Origin: Methanocaldococcus sp. 16A
GTDB lineage: Archaea; AGJL01; Methanococci; Methanococcales; Methanocaldococcaceae
Assembly (NCBI GenBank): GCA_049860595.1
Contig: CP187551.1
Direction: 5' to 3' (one strand)
Length of the DNA: 64,000 nucleotides
Shown: in pieces, positions 12,825-26,969 of the stretch
Position numbering within the stretch: the first letter of the stretch is position 1
How the letters are laid out: the number at the start of each line of letters is the position of its first letter
Notes under the pieces: model-generated
Told to the model about the DNA's origin: nothing
The model's input: the letters and a program-made list of their open reading frames with translations, nothing else
The model's database searches: none
Position numbers and translations under genes: made by a program

Positions 12825-14636
12825 TTATTCATTTTTATTCTTTTTATTTTTATCTTTTTTCTGATTTTTTCTCTTTTCCATTTGCTCTATAATCCATTTA
12901 TAAATAATTCCTTTATATCCAACCATTTTAAATCCTTCTAATGCCTTTTTCCAATTTTCCTCCTCTCTATATAAGCAGATGGCTTTTTGAATCTTTTTCT
13001 CTTTATAAGTGTATGGAACATAAACTTTCTCGTTAGTTATTGGATTTATGCCAGTGTGATACATTGTAGTTGATAATGTCATAGGAGTTGGAGTGAAAAC
13101 TTGCACTTGCCTTGAATAGCAGTTATTTTTATGGATGAATTCTGCTAACTCAATCATCTCTTTAATAGAGCAGTTTGGATGGGCAATAAGCCAATATGGC
13201 AAAACTTCTTTTATTCCATTAACTTTTTCAGCTATTATTCTATATTTCTCTAAAAATTTTTTAAATAACATTCCGTCAGGTTTTTGTATAGCTTTACAAA
13301 CTTTTTTAGAGATATGTTCAGGAGCCACCTTCAATCTTCCAGAGACATGATATTTAGAGAGCTCTTTTACGTATTCCTCTCCATATTCCTCATCATACAG
13401 TATTAAATCATATCTAACTCCACTTCTGACATAAACTTTAGTATCTTCTCCAACAATATCCCTAATTTTTCTATAGAGTTTAATTAGTGGTTTGTGATTA
13501 ATAATTAAATTTTCACATGGCTCAGGATAGAGGCAATTTTTTGGACATTTATGGGCTATTTCCTTTTTACATCCCATTCTATACATATTTGCAGTTGGAG
13601 CTCCAATATCTTGAATAACTCCTTTAAAATCTTCATGATTTAACAGCTTTCTAATTTCCTTTAAGATGCTTTTTTCACTTCTATTTTGAATAACCTTACC
13701 TTGATGATGTAATATTGAGCAAAAAGAGCAACCTCCAAAACATCCTCTATGTGTTACAACTGAAAACTGAACTGGAACTAAGCCAGGAACATAAGAATAA
13801 GAGGGATAAGCTCTTCTCTCAAACGGCATCTCATATATTTCATCCATTTCCTTTTCAGTTAAGTAAATAGGTGGAAATTGGATTAAATATTGATTTCCAA
13901 CTTTTTGATAAATAACTTTATCCATTGTCATTAATTTTCTATGCATTTCAGCGTATTTTTCTTTACTATTTGCAACTTCTTCATGAGAAGGGAGTTCTTT
14001 AACTTCATATTTTTCCTTTATCTCATCTAACTTTTTTTTATTAGCTCTAATTACAGTTCCATTTATTTCTAAATCTTTTATGTTCTCTCCATTTTCTAAT
14101 GCTTTAGTTATTGATAAAATACTCTTCTCTCCCATTCCATACATCAAAATATCTGCTTTAGCATCAATTAAAACACTCTTTCTAACTTTATTATCCCAAT
14201 AGTCATAGTGAGAAAATCGTCTTAAAGAAGCTTCAATCCCACCTAAAGCTATTGGAACTCCTTTGAAAGCCCTTTTTATTAAATTGGTATAAACAATTGT
14301 AGCCCTATCTGGCCTCTTTCTTATACCTTCATTAGACATTGAGTCAAAATCCCTCAACCTTTTTTGAGGAGTGTAATGGGCAAGCATACTATCCAAATTT
14401 CCAGCAGTTACTGCAAAAAAGTAATTTGGTTTTCCTAATCTCTTTATATCATCTAAATTTTTCCATTCTGGTTGAGATATTATTCCAACTCTATAACCAT
14501 GCTCTACCAAATATCTCCCAACAACAGAAGCTCCAAATAGATAATGGTCTACATAGGCATCTCCAGTAACAATAATAACATCTAATTCTTCCCATCCCCA
14601 TTCATCCATCTCTTCTTTAGTAGTAGGCAAAAACAT
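12825..14636 (-). CDS. YgiQ/UPF0313 radical SAM protein
   Basis: GDAYVDH, GGIEASLRR, RGCFGGCSFC, LKVAPEH and FTPTP motifs. Confidence 0.92.
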   Translation of the reverse strand: MFLPTTKEEMDEWGWEELDVIIVTGDAYVDHYLFGASVVGRYLVEHGYRVGIISQPEWKNLDDIKRLGKPNYFFAVTAGNLDSMLAHYTPQKRLRDFDSMSNEGIRKRPDRATIVYTNLIKRAFKGVPIALGGIEASLRRFSHYDYWDNKVRKSVLIDAKADILMYGMGEKSILSITKALENGENIKDLEINGTVIRANKKKLDEIKEKYEVKELPSHEEVANSKEKYAEMHRKLMTMDKVIYQKVGNQYLIQFPPIYLTEKEMDEIYEMPFERRAYPSYSYVPGLVPVQFSVVTHRGCFGGCSFCSILHHQGKVIQNRSEKSILKEIRKLLNHEDFKGVIQDIGAPTANMYRMGCKKEIAHKCPKNCLYPEPCENLIINHKPLIKLYRKIRDIVGEDTKVYVRSGVRYDLILYDEEYGEEYVKELSKYHVSGRLKVAPEHISKKVCKAIQKPDGMLFKKFLEKYRIIAEKVNGIKEVLPYWLIAHPNCSIKEMIELAEFIHKNNCYSRQVQVFTPTPMTLSTTMYHTGINPITNEKVYVPYTYKEKKIQKAICLYREEENWKKALEGFKMVGYKGIIYKWIIEQMEKRKNQKKDKNKKNKNE

Positions 14637-14862
14637 AAAATATCACGTTTTTTTGGCTATATTTTTATTAAATAGAAATATAAAACAAAATTTTATTTTT
14701 AATATTTATTAAGATTTATTTAACTTATAAAAATTAAACTATGGTAGTAAAATTACGATAAAAATTAAAATTAATAATATAATTCATCATCTCGTAGCTT
14801 CTAAACCATTTAATATTATTTTATTCCAATAATATCCCTGAAGTGCCATAATTGGTGTAATA

Positions 14863-16545
14863 ATGGCAGAGAAAAAAATTATAACAAATGAGGAATTTAT
14901 TGATAAATTTATAAAATGTTTAGAAAATGGGGAGGATTTTGGATTATCTAATGCAATTGTTGAAGGAGATGTTTCAATTAAAGATATTTATGAAAAGATT
15001 AAAGATAGGGAACTAAAAGGCTGTAAAATTGATATAAAAAATGATGAAGATACTAAAACAATAATAATATCTATTAATGTAAATATTCACATAGATAATG
15101 TTGAATTTTATGGAAAATTTGAAATGCTCTATGGAGGGGTTGAAGTCAATAGAAAGTTTGAAAAGCTCTATATTAGGGGCATATTAATAAAAGTAATATT
15201 TAATAAAGATATAACATTTCGAGCTATATTTAAAAGAAGTGCAAATTTTAGGGGAGCTAAATTTGAAGGGAGGTCAGATTTTGGAGGTACTAACTTTAAA
15301 GGATTAGCAAATTTTGGAGATGCTGAATTTAAAGGAGATGCATATTTTTTAGGGGCTGAATTTGAAAATGAAGTAATTTTTGGGAGAGCAGAATTTGAAA
15401 AAGCAGTAAGTTTTACAAATACTATATTTGAAGGAGAAGCAAAGTTTTGGGAAGCTGAATTTAAAGGAGAAGCATATTTTATGAAAGCTATATTTAAAAA
15501 AAAGGCAAATTTTATAGGGGCTACATTTGAAGGAACAGTAAATTTTTTGGATGTTAAATTTAAAGGAACAGTTAGTTTTATAGAAGCTATATTTATATAT
15601 GGGATATTTGAATATACCACATTTGAAAAAGATGCCAATTTTAATAATACAAAAAATTTAAAATTAAAATTTAATAAATCAACATTTAATAACATCGCAG
15701 ATTTTAGGGATATTTGTTTTGGCTTATTATCTTTTGTTGATTGCACTTTTAAAGAGGCTGGAATGTTTAAGAGAAATAATAATATAGAAAAAAAGAAGAT
15801 AGATAATAAAATAAAAAAAGTAAATGAACTATTGGAAAAAATAAAAAATCATATAAAAAAATATGGAAGTTTTGCAATATTTTTAAATGTTCAATTTTTA
15901 AATAATCATACAAAAATAGAGAATTTTCCATTATCAAAAACATCATTTTTAAAAACTGATGTTAGAGAAGTTATGTTATTATGTGAAATAACTGATGAAA
16001 AAATACTAAGCCATTATCTTTATGAAAAATACAAAAATAATACTAATGAAAATAAAGATAATGATATTTATTATGAAATATATAAAAGACTTAAGAATCA
16101 TTTAAATGAGTTTTCAATTATTGCTGAATATAGAAATATAAGATTATCTATTGAAAACAACAGAAGCTATGAAGAAGCGTCAAAGATATATATAAATGAA
16201 ATGAAATTTCGTGAAAAATTTACAAAGAATAAGCTTGAAAGATACGCAATAGAGTTTTATGGTCTTATATCTGATTACGGAGAATCTATTGAGAAAATAG
16301 CATATAATATTTTTAGAACTTTAATTGCTTTTACATGTATAGTATTTATCATTAAATATGATGGAAACCTATATAGAACATTTGAAATTGCCTATATTTC
16401 ATTTATTGAAGTTTTAAGAGTTTATTTACAATTAAAAACAGAAGATGAGCGTTTATATATATTAGAGCCTTTTATAAGAGTTACAGCATTGGTTTTGTTT
16501 GGTGTTTTGTTCATAGCTATTAGAAGAAAATTAAGTAGAAAATAA
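14863..16545 (+). CDS. Pentapeptide-repeat (11-aa period) protein with C-terminal TM helices
   Basis: About 11 tandem A.F..A.F.G. units; C-terminal YGES followed by hydrophobic helices and a basic tail. Confidence 0.8.
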   Translation: MAEKKIITNEEFIDKFIKCLENGEDFGLSNAIVEGDVSIKDIYEKIKDRELKGCKIDIKNDEDTKTIIISINVNIHIDNVEFYGKFEMLYGGVEVNRKFEKLYIRGILIKVIFNKDITFRAIFKRSANFRGAKFEGRSDFGGTNFKGLANFGDAEFKGDAYFLGAEFENEVIFGRAEFEKAVSFTNTIFEGEAKFWEAEFKGEAYFMKAIFKKKANFIGATFEGTVNFLDVKFKGTVSFIEAIFIYGIFEYTTFEKDANFNNTKNLKLKFNKSTFNNIADFRDICFGLLSFVDCTFKEAGMFKRNNNIEKKKIDNKIKKVNELLEKIKNHIKKYGSFAIFLNVQFLNNHTKIENFPLSKTSFLKTDVREVMLLCEITDEKILSHYLYEKYKNNTNENKDNDIYYEIYKRLKNHLNEFSIIAEYRNIRLSIENNRSYEEASKIYINEMKFREKFTKNKLERYAIEFYGLISDYGESIEKIAYNIFRTLIAFTCIVFIIKYDGNLYRTFEIAYISFIEVLRVYLQLKTEDERLYILEPFIRVTALVLFGVLFIAIRRKLSRK

Positions 16546-16592
16546 ATCAAATCATAAAATATTAAAAAATAAAAAAATGAAAGATTAGGGAT

Positions 16593-19340
<2,748 letters not shown>

Positions 19341-19421
19341 TTAAAATAATATACCGTTGAAGTTCTATATAAATTTTTCGATTTTGTTCATATTTATTGC
19401 ACAACCATACTCAATCATAAG

Positions 19422-19775
19422 CTATTCAGGGATATCCAATATATGGAACTGATAAACCCTTGTAAATCCGCAATTTCTACATCTTACAATCATCTTAGTC
19501 TCTGTTATTGCTATATCTTGTATGGCTTCTTTTTTACAGTTAAAGCAAACCGCTAATTTCTCTAAAAACCATGGTTCATATTTATGTTTTTTCTTTTTTT
19601 CTTCTTCTATTATGCTTTCATCCTCAATCCCCACTCTTCTTAAAATATAATATCTTGTAGCTCCGCAGTTAGAACACTTAACAAACGCCTGATTTGCATA
19701 AATTTCTATTATTTGGTCTACTTCTTTCTTACAGTTGAAGCATACTGCTAATTTTTTTAACTCCCATTTTTCCAT
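19422..19775 (-). CDS. Tandem zinc-ribbon protein
   Basis: Two repeats KLAVCFNCKKE...CxNCGxTR; ATG at 19775 follows a GGTGA RBS. Confidence 0.75.
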   Translation of the reverse strand: MEKWELKKLAVCFNCKKEVDQIIEIYANQAFVKCSNCGATRYYILRRVGIEDESIIEEEKKKKHKYEPWFLEKLAVCFNCKKEAIQDIAITETKMIVRCRNCGFTRVYQFHILDIPE

Positions 19776-19934
19776 AAAATCACCAACTTCTACACAGTTA
19801 CCAAACACATTGAAAAACTATTCTATTCTATATAAAAATTATAAAGCTAAATTATATATACTATTTTTGATTTGATTTAATAATTCTAAATTTATATAGT
19901 TATATATTTTATATAACTAATTGTGAGGGAAATT

Positions 19935-20855
19935 ATGATATGTAGTTGTGGAAATGAAGCATTTTACTATCAAAAATATTCAAACAAGTATTTATGCAAA
20001 GAATGCTTTAAAAAAGATATTGAAAGAAGAGCTAAAAAAGTTTTGGGAAGAGATATTATAAGAAATAATGTTAAAATAGGTATTGGAATTAGTGGTGGAA
20101 AGGATAGCTTAGTTATGGCATTAATTTTAAAAAAGCTTTTTAAATATATTCCAAACGCTAAGCTAATTTGTTTTTTTATTGATGAGGGAATAGAGGGTTT
20201 TAGGGAAAAAGCTAAAGAATACATTAAAGAGTTTTGTGAAGAGCAGGGATTAGAGTTGAAGATTATAAAATTTAAAGATGAAATTGGTTATACGTTAGAT
20301 GAAATTGTAAAAAATGATTATTTAAGTGAATTAAATATTGGAAAGCCATGTTCCTTTTGTGGAGTTGTTAGGAGGTATTTATTAAATAAATATGCATTAA
20401 AAGAAGGATGTGATTATTTGGCAATAGGTCACAACTTAGATGATTTCTGCCAAACAATTTTAATGAACTATGTTGAAGGAAATGTAAAAAATATTATTCA
20501 GTTTGGTAAGGAGTTTGAAGGAGAGGGGTTTGTTAAAAGGATTAAACCACTAAAATTAATCCCTGAAGATGAGGTTAGGTTGTATGCTGATATAAACAAT
20601 ATAAAGTATCAAAAAGAGCCATGCCCTTACTCATCTTTATCTTATAGGCATAGAATGAAGAAGGTAATTAAAATTTTAGAAGAAGAAAAACCAGGAGTTA
20701 AGTTTAGTATATTAAGAGGGTATGAAAAGCTCTTGAAATATATAGATGTTAAAGAAGATGTTAAAAGATGCGAGATTTGTGGATTTCCGTGTAGTGGAAA
20801 TATTTGTAAGGTATGTTCGTGGCTCATAAAATTGAAAGAGATTAATAGAGACTAA
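19935..20855 (+). CDS. TtuA/Ncs6-family tRNA thiolation protein (PP-loop)
   Basis: SGGKDS, CSFCG, GHNLDD, CPY and terminal Zn fingers. Confidence 0.88.
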   Translation: MICSCGNEAFYYQKYSNKYLCKECFKKDIERRAKKVLGRDIIRNNVKIGIGISGGKDSLVMALILKKLFKYIPNAKLICFFIDEGIEGFREKAKEYIKEFCEEQGLELKIIKFKDEIGYTLDEIVKNDYLSELNIGKPCSFCGVVRRYLLNKYALKEGCDYLAIGHNLDDFCQTILMNYVEGNVKNIIQFGKEFEGEGFVKRIKPLKLIPEDEVRLYADINNIKYQKEPCPYSSLSYRHRMKKVIKILEEEKPGVKFSILRGYEKLLKYIDVKEDVKRCEICGFPCSGNICKVCSWLIKLKEINRD

Positions 20856-20922
20856 TATAATAAAAAAATTATTACATTATTTTATTTACTTACGTTAATG
20901 GATAACTTTTTGGTGGTAACTT

Positions 20923-22860
20923 ATGATAGGAGATTATGAAAAATTTAAAAAACTTAAAAAGAAGGTAGCTGAATCATTAAACATTAGTGAGGAAGAATTG
21001 GATGAAATGATTAAAGAAAAAATTAAAGAATTTGGAGGAATTTTGCTAAAAGATGCCGCTTTAATGATGATTGCAAAAGAACATGGCATTGATATTGATA
21101 AAAAAGAAGTAGAGGAGTTTTTAATTAAAGATATTGAAGAAGGACAGATAAATGTTGAAATTACTGGGGTTGTTACAGATGTTTCTGATGTAAAAACATT
21201 TACAAGGAAAGATGGAAGTGAAGGAAGATATAGAAGAATAATTATTGCTGACAAGTCAGGAACGATTAGAATGACTTTATGGGATGAATTGGCTGATATG
21301 GATATTAAAGTTGGAGATATTTTAAAAATAAAGAGGGCAAGGGCAAGGAAATGGAACAACAGGATGGAGCTTAGTTCAACATCAGAAACAAAGATTGAAA
21401 AGTTAGAGAACTATGAAGGAGAAATTCCAGAGATTAAAGATATATATGATATAGGAGAGCTAAGCCCAGGAATGACAGCAACATTTGAAGGAGAAGTTAT
21501 TTCAGCACTACCAATAAAAGAATTTAAAAAGGCAGACGGTAGTTTAGGAAAATTAAAATCATTTATTGTTAAAGATGAGACAGGAAGTATAAGAGTTACA
21601 TTATGGGATGAGCTAACAGATATTGATGTTGGTAGAGGAGATTATGTTAGAGTTAGAGGATATGTAAGAAATGGTTACTATGGAGGATTGGAATGCACAG
21701 CAAGTAATGTAGAGATATTGAAAAAAGGAGAGAAAATAGAGAGTGAAGAAGCAAATGTTGATGATTTATCAAAATATGAAGATGGGGAGTTGGTTACAGT
21801 TAAAGGTAGAGTTGTTGCTATAAGCAGTAAAAGAATGGTTGACTTAAATGGAGATACTGCTAAAGTTCAGGAGCTTTTATTAGACAATGGTACTGGTAGA
21901 GTTAGAGTATCATTTTGGAATATAAGAACTGCTTTATTAGAAAATATAAAAGAAGGGGATTTAGTGAGGATAACAAACTGTAGAATAAAAACATATTATG
22001 ATAGAGATGGGAATAAAAGGGCTGATTTAGTGGCAACTGCTGATACTGAAGTTGTTAAAGATGATAGCATTGAAGCTCCAGAGTATGAGATAAAATACTG
22101 CAAAATAGAGGATATTTATAATAAAGATGTTGATTGGAACGATATAAATTTAATAGCCCAAGTTGTTGAAGATTATGGAATTAATGAAGTTATGGTTGAA
22201 GATAAAATAAGAAAAGTAAGAAATTTAATTTTAGAGGATGGAACTGGAAGAATAAGGTTGAGATTATGGGATGATTTAGCTGAAATGGACATTAAAGAGG
22301 GAGATATAATAGAGATTTTACATGCTTATGCTAAAGAGAGAGGAGATTACATAGATTTAAACCTCGGAAGATATGGAAGAATAATTATAAATCCCGATGG
22401 AATTGAAATTAAACGTAATAGGAAATTTATAGCAGATATCGAAGACAATGAAAGTGTCGAAATTAGAGGAGCTATTGTTAAAATATTGAGCGACAATCTT
22501 TTCCTTTACCTATGCCCAAATTGTAAAAAGAAGGTTGTAGAGATTGATGGCATCTATAACTGCCCAATTTGTGGAGATGTAGAGCCAGAAGAGATTTTGA
22601 GATTAAATTTTGTTGTAGATGATGGCACAGGAACTTTGCTGTGTAGAGCTTATGATAGAAGAGTTGAGAAGTTGTTAAAGATGAATAAAGAGGATTTAAA
22701 GAACTTAACTATAGAAATGGTAGAAGATGAAATCTTAGGAGAAGAATTTATTCTATATGGAAATGTTAAAAAAGAGGATGACAGATTAGTTATGATTGTG
22801 AGAAGAGTTAATGATGTGGATGTTGACAAAGAAATAAGAATATTGAAGGAGATGGAATGA
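20923..22860 (+). CDS. rpa: Replication protein A (multi-OB-fold ssDNA-binding protein)
   Basis: Repeated D.TG.IR.TLW OB folds; C-terminal CPNC...CPIC. Confidence 0.93.
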   Translation: MIGDYEKFKKLKKKVAESLNISEEELDEMIKEKIKEFGGILLKDAALMMIAKEHGIDIDKKEVEEFLIKDIEEGQINVEITGVVTDVSDVKTFTRKDGSEGRYRRIIIADKSGTIRMTLWDELADMDIKVGDILKIKRARARKWNNRMELSSTSETKIEKLENYEGEIPEIKDIYDIGELSPGMTATFEGEVISALPIKEFKKADGSLGKLKSFIVKDETGSIRVTLWDELTDIDVGRGDYVRVRGYVRNGYYGGLECTASNVEILKKGEKIESEEANVDDLSKYEDGELVTVKGRVVAISSKRMVDLNGDTAKVQELLLDNGTGRVRVSFWNIRTALLENIKEGDLVRITNCRIKTYYDRDGNKRADLVATADTEVVKDDSIEAPEYEIKYCKIEDIYNKDVDWNDINLIAQVVEDYGINEVMVEDKIRKVRNLILEDGTGRIRLRLWDDLAEMDIKEGDIIEILHAYAKERGDYIDLNLGRYGRIIINPDGIEIKRNRKFIADIEDNESVEIRGAIVKILSDNLFLYLCPNCKKKVVEIDGIYNCPICGDVEPEEILRLNFVVDDGTGTLLCRAYDRRVEKLLKMNKEDLKNLTIEMVEDEILGEEFILYGNVKKEDDRLVMIVRRVNDVDVDKEIRILKEME

Positions 22861-22930
22861 CAAAAAATAAATAATTTTCCAAATATTATTTTCTAATACT
22901 CTAATACAATAGACTGTTATGGTGATAACA

Positions 22931-24232
22931 ATGATAGTTGAAAAAGTAGAGGAATATTTGGATAGAATAGAAAAAATTAATAAAGATATTAACGCATTAA
23001 TAGAAATAAATCCAGATAGAGTTTTGGAGGAAGCAAAAAAATTAGAAAAAGATGAAAAAGCTAAGAAAAAGCCATTATATGGAAAGATTATTGTAGTTAA
23101 AGCAAACATAAACGTTGAGGGCTATACAATATCCTGTGCATCAAAAACTTTAGAAAATTACATAGCCCCTTATGATGCTACTGTTATAGAGAAGATTAAA
23201 GAAAACGGTGGGTTGATAATTGGAATTGCAAATATGGATGAATTTGCCTGTGGTAGTAGTGGGGAAACTTCATATTATGGACCAACAAAAAATCCTAAGG
23301 CGAAGGATAGAATTCCTGGAGGAAGTTCTTCAGGAAGTGCTGCAGCTGTTGCAGCTGATTTATGTGATATGGCTTTAGGTAGTGATACAGGGGGAAGTAT
23401 AAGAAATCCAGCCTCTCACTGTGGAGTTGTTGGATTTAAGCCAAGTTATGGAGTTGTTAGCAGATATGGTTTATGTGACTTAGCTATGAGTTTTGACCAA
23501 ATAGGGCCTTTAACAAAAACAGCTGAAGATGCATTATTATTAACAAATATCATTAAAGGAAAAGATTTGAGAGATACAACAACAGTAGAAACTAAACCTT
23601 TCGAAAGGAGAGATATTAAAGGATTTAAAGTTGGAGTAGTTAAGGAATTTATGGAAGTTACTGATGAGAAGATAAGAGATAAGATAGAGAAAGGTATTGA
23701 GGTCTTTAAAGATTTAGGCTGCGAGATTGTTGAATTAAGCTATAAATATGTTGATTTAGCTCTACCAACATACTATTTAATTAACTATGTTGAGTTCTTC
23801 TCATCTACAAGAAGGTATGATGGAAGAAGATATGGATATAAAATAGAGGAGGTTTGTGGAGAGGAGGTTTTAAGAAGAATTATGATAGGTTCAATGATTA
23901 GTCAAAAAGAATATAGTGGTAAATATTACAAAAACGCTTTAAGAGCAAGAAATTTAATGAAAAATGAGATGATCAAGATTATGAAGGATGTTGATATTAT
24001 TATAGGGCCAACAGTTCCTAAGCTACCACACAAATTGGGAGAGAAGTTAACACCAATGGAAATGTATAGCTATGATGTTTTAACAGTTCCAGCTAACATT
24101 TGTGGTTTATGTGCAGGAGTTGTTCCTTGCGGAGAAATAAATGGAATTCCAGTAGGTTTACAAATCCAAGGAAAACCATTTGAAGATGAAAAAGTTTTAA
24201 GTGCAATGATTGCATTTGAGAAAGCATTATAA
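22931..24232 (+). CDS. gatA: Glu-tRNA(Gln)/Asp-tRNA(Asn) amidotransferase subunit A
   Basis: Amidase signature GGSSSGS, GSDTGGSIR.PA; RYDG. Confidence 0.95.
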   Translation: MIVEKVEEYLDRIEKINKDINALIEINPDRVLEEAKKLEKDEKAKKKPLYGKIIVVKANINVEGYTISCASKTLENYIAPYDATVIEKIKENGGLIIGIANMDEFACGSSGETSYYGPTKNPKAKDRIPGGSSSGSAAAVAADLCDMALGSDTGGSIRNPASHCGVVGFKPSYGVVSRYGLCDLAMSFDQIGPLTKTAEDALLLTNIIKGKDLRDTTTVETKPFERRDIKGFKVGVVKEFMEVTDEKIRDKIEKGIEVFKDLGCEIVELSYKYVDLALPTYYLINYVEFFSSTRRYDGRRYGYKIEEVCGEEVLRRIMIGSMISQKEYSGKYYKNALRARNLMKNEMIKIMKDVDIIIGPTVPKLPHKLGEKLTPMEMYSYDVLTVPANICGLCAGVVPCGEINGIPVGLQIQGKPFEDEKVLSAMIAFEKAL

Positions 24233-24311
24233 TAACATAATAATTACTCCATATATCTAATAAGAAGTAAATGATGCCAAAAACCTCAAAAATTCCTTAC
24301 AATATTTAATT

Positions 24312-24327
24312 CTGCAAAAGTCTTATT
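24312..24327. repeat. Half copy (right end) of the palindromic element
   Basis: CTGCAAAAGTCTTATT, one mismatch to the TIR, abutting a convergent stop codon. Confidence 0.55.
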
Positions 24328-24982
24328 AAATCCCCTTAAAATCCTCTAAAACAACCATATTCTTTTTTGTATCATAAACAAAATAACTCTTTGGAGAAGG
24401 ATTTACAACTATTGTTTTTCCAATTTTGTCTATACATCTACTTTCATGTATATGCCCACAGGCACAGAATATTATATTTTCATTAAAATCTTCAATTATC
24501 TTTCTTATAGATTTGCTTCCAACATGAATATCATTATCTAAATCAACAATATCAGCCATTGTATTATATGGAGGAGTATGGCTAACCAAAAATATATTTC
24601 TTAAATTTTTAACCACATTTATAAGCTTATTATGTATCTCTTCTTCTGTATATTCATTAGGAGTGTTAAAAGGGGTTTTATTACTTCCCCCTATTCCAAC
24701 AAAATTTATATTGCCTATTTTTTTCACTTTTCCATCTATGTTTAAATTATAGTTATTTAACTCATCTATAACCTCTTTAGTATCACAATTTCCTGGAACA
24801 CAAAGAACTTCCATATAATCTGACAATTCAGCCAACTTTTCTATAACCTCAATTCCTTTACCAAAGTGGGTTATATCCCCACAAACAACCAAAATATCTG
24901 CAAAATCCTTAAATTCTTTAACCACTGGAGGAAGTTTTCCATGTAAATCGGTAATTCCTACAATTTTCACAATTTTCACCAT
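24326..24982 (-). CDS. Calcineurin-like metallophosphoesterase
   Basis: DLHG, GD, GNCD, SH.PP and GHIHE motifs. Confidence 0.88.
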   Translation of the reverse strand: MVKIVKIVGITDLHGKLPPVVKEFKDFADILVVCGDITHFGKGIEVIEKLAELSDYMEVLCVPGNCDTKEVIDELNNYNLNIDGKVKKIGNINFVGIGGSNKTPFNTPNEYTEEEIHNKLINVVKNLRNIFLVSHTPPYNTMADIVDLDNDIHVGSKSIRKIIEDFNENIIFCACGHIHESRCIDKIGKTIVVNPSPKSYFVYDTKKNMVVLEDFKGI

Positions 24983-25103
24983 TTTTATCTTTTTTAAATA
25001 TTTTAAAAGTTTTAAAAATTTTTATTTTAAATTTTAGTATCATATTAAAACACAATAAAATTTTAATAGCTTAACATTAAAATTATTATGTGGAGGTGAT
25101 AGG

Positions 25104-25757
25104 ATGATAACATGGTATGGTCATGCATGCTTTAAAGTAGATAACGTTTTAATAGACCCTTTTGTTCCTAATCCTTTGTGTAATTTGCCTTTTGATGAAA
25201 TAATGGAAGGTGTTGATGTAATAGCAGTAACTCATGGACATGCAGACCATTTAGGTAATGCTGAAGAGTTAGCTAAAACCTACAATGTTCCAGTGGTTAC
25301 AAACCATGAGATTAGTGTTTATTTATCAGAGAGAGGAGTTAATGCAGAAGGAATGAATATTGGAGGGACTATAGAGATAAATGGAGCAAAATTAACAATG
25401 GTTATAGCTGAGCATTCATCAGACATATCTCCAACTATAAGTGGAGGAGTGGCAGCTGGATTTATTATAAATGATAGAGTTTATCATGCAGGAGATACTG
25501 GTTTATTTGGAGATATGGAGTTGATTGGAGAAATATATGCTCCACAGATAGCTTTATTACCAATTGGTGGAAGATACACAATGGGAATTGATGAGGCGTT
25601 AGTGGCTATTGAGCTAATATATCCAGAAATAGTTATTCCAATGCACTATAACACATTCCCATTGATTGAAGTTGATGTAAATGAGTTTGTGAAAAAAGCA
25701 GAGGCATTGGGAGTTGAGGTAGTAGTTCCAAAGATTGGTGAGCCAATAGATTTATAA
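25104..25757 (+). CDS. Metallo-beta-lactamase-fold hydrolase (UPF0173)
   Basis: THGHADH, HAGDT and PMHYNTF motifs. Confidence 0.9.
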   Translation: MITWYGHACFKVDNVLIDPFVPNPLCNLPFDEIMEGVDVIAVTHGHADHLGNAEELAKTYNVPVVTNHEISVYLSERGVNAEGMNIGGTIEINGAKLTMVIAEHSSDISPTISGGVAAGFIINDRVYHAGDTGLFGDMELIGEIYAPQIALLPIGGRYTMGIDEALVAIELIYPEIVIPMHYNTFPLIEVDVNEFVKKAEALGVEVVVPKIGEPIDL

Positions 25758-25773
25758 AAAAGCTTTTATTACT

Positions 25774-26730
25774 TTATATATTTTTTAACATTGATTTTAT
25801 GTGTTCAATTAACTCAAGAGCATCATCCATCTTTTTTAGCTCTTCAATACTAACAACTGGTAGGTTTTTATATTCTTTCTCTTTCTCTTCTAATATTAAT
25901 AATGAATATCCATCTAACAACCTTGATAATTCTCTAACGAATAACGCCTTTCTTTTTACCTCTTCATTACTCTTTTCTTCAATATTTGTTAATAGAATAT
26001 TCAAATTGTTATCCATATCTTTTTCAGCTACAGCATCAAATGGAGCTTTTTCAACAACAAATGATTTAAATCCTAACTCGTTTAGAAAATTTATAGCTTC
26101 TTTCTTAAAATCTTCTAAATTCTCTAATTTATTGTCAATATCTTCATCATTAACAGGTTCAAATAAATCAATACCTTTAACCAAAGGCACATCTAAGTAT
26201 TCCTCAATCTTTATAGCTACATCTACTGAAGGATTAGCCATCTGAGTCTCATATTTATATATTGCCTTTCTTGAAACTCCAGCTATTTCAGCCAATTTTC
26301 CAACAGATATTCCCATAGCTTCTCTAACTTCTTTTAAAACCTTTCCATCTATCTTTACAAAGAATCCCCCTCTATTTGCATAAACTACTGGAGGACTTCC
26401 TTCTAAATAATCCCTAAACGTTTCAAAGGTTACTGCTTTTATATTGTATCTATCATAAACAACCCCAGGCTCCATAGGGGCATTTCTTGTTCTAATTCCA
26501 ATTATTAGGGGAGTACCATGTAGTATTTTACTAATCTTTTTCAACTCTTTTGACTGCTCTCTACTCAAACTATCGATATTTTTTAAAATCTTTAAAATTA
26601 ATCTAACATCATCCCTACTTGCAACCATGTCAAAGCAACTTCTACCTAATGGTTTTGAAACTGTAAATTTGTGAGCTCTCAATAATTCTATACATTCAGA
26701 TATTAAAATCTCTCTCATAATCATCACCAT
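25774..26730 (-). CDS. Archaeal HTH (XRE) transcriptional regulator-like protein
   Basis: Central HTH REAMGISVGKLAEIAGVSRKAIYKYE flanked by FD.VA nuclease-like domains. Confidence 0.8.
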   Translation of the reverse strand: MVMIMREILISECIELLRAHKFTVSKPLGRSCFDMVASRDDVRLILKILKNIDSLSREQSKELKKISKILHGTPLIIGIRTRNAPMEPGVVYDRYNIKAVTFETFRDYLEGSPPVVYANRGGFFVKIDGKVLKEVREAMGISVGKLAEIAGVSRKAIYKYETQMANPSVDVAIKIEEYLDVPLVKGIDLFEPVNDEDIDNKLENLEDFKKEAINFLNELGFKSFVVEKAPFDAVAEKDMDNNLNILLTNIEEKSNEEVKRKALFVRELSRLLDGYSLLILEEKEKEYKNLPVVSIEELKKMDDALELIEHIKSMLKNI

Positions 26731-26969
26731 GAAACTTTCTAATCTAAATCCTCATGATATTTATTTTTTGCGGTTTGGTATTTTTTATATTATTAACTTT
26801 ACCAATATAAAGTTTTTCTACCAAAAATAGAACTTATATTCCTTTATGGTGAACTATTAATTAACAATGTGAGCATAGCACACAGTATTATAAAAGATTT
26901 TCTACTTAAACTTCATACATAGTATTTATAAATGAAATTATCTAACTAAAAGTATGTCCATGTGGGAGA

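Noticed and set aside
15238-15603. 33-bp periodic repeats as a CRISPR array
   Set aside because: Degenerate, in-frame coding repeats without a constant repeat and unique spacers; no CRISPR array or cas gene is seen in the window
26806-26905. Direct repeat TATAAA(A)G(T/A)TTTTCTAC as an operator
   Set aside because: Reads as two ordinary BRE-TATA-like elements on the minus strand
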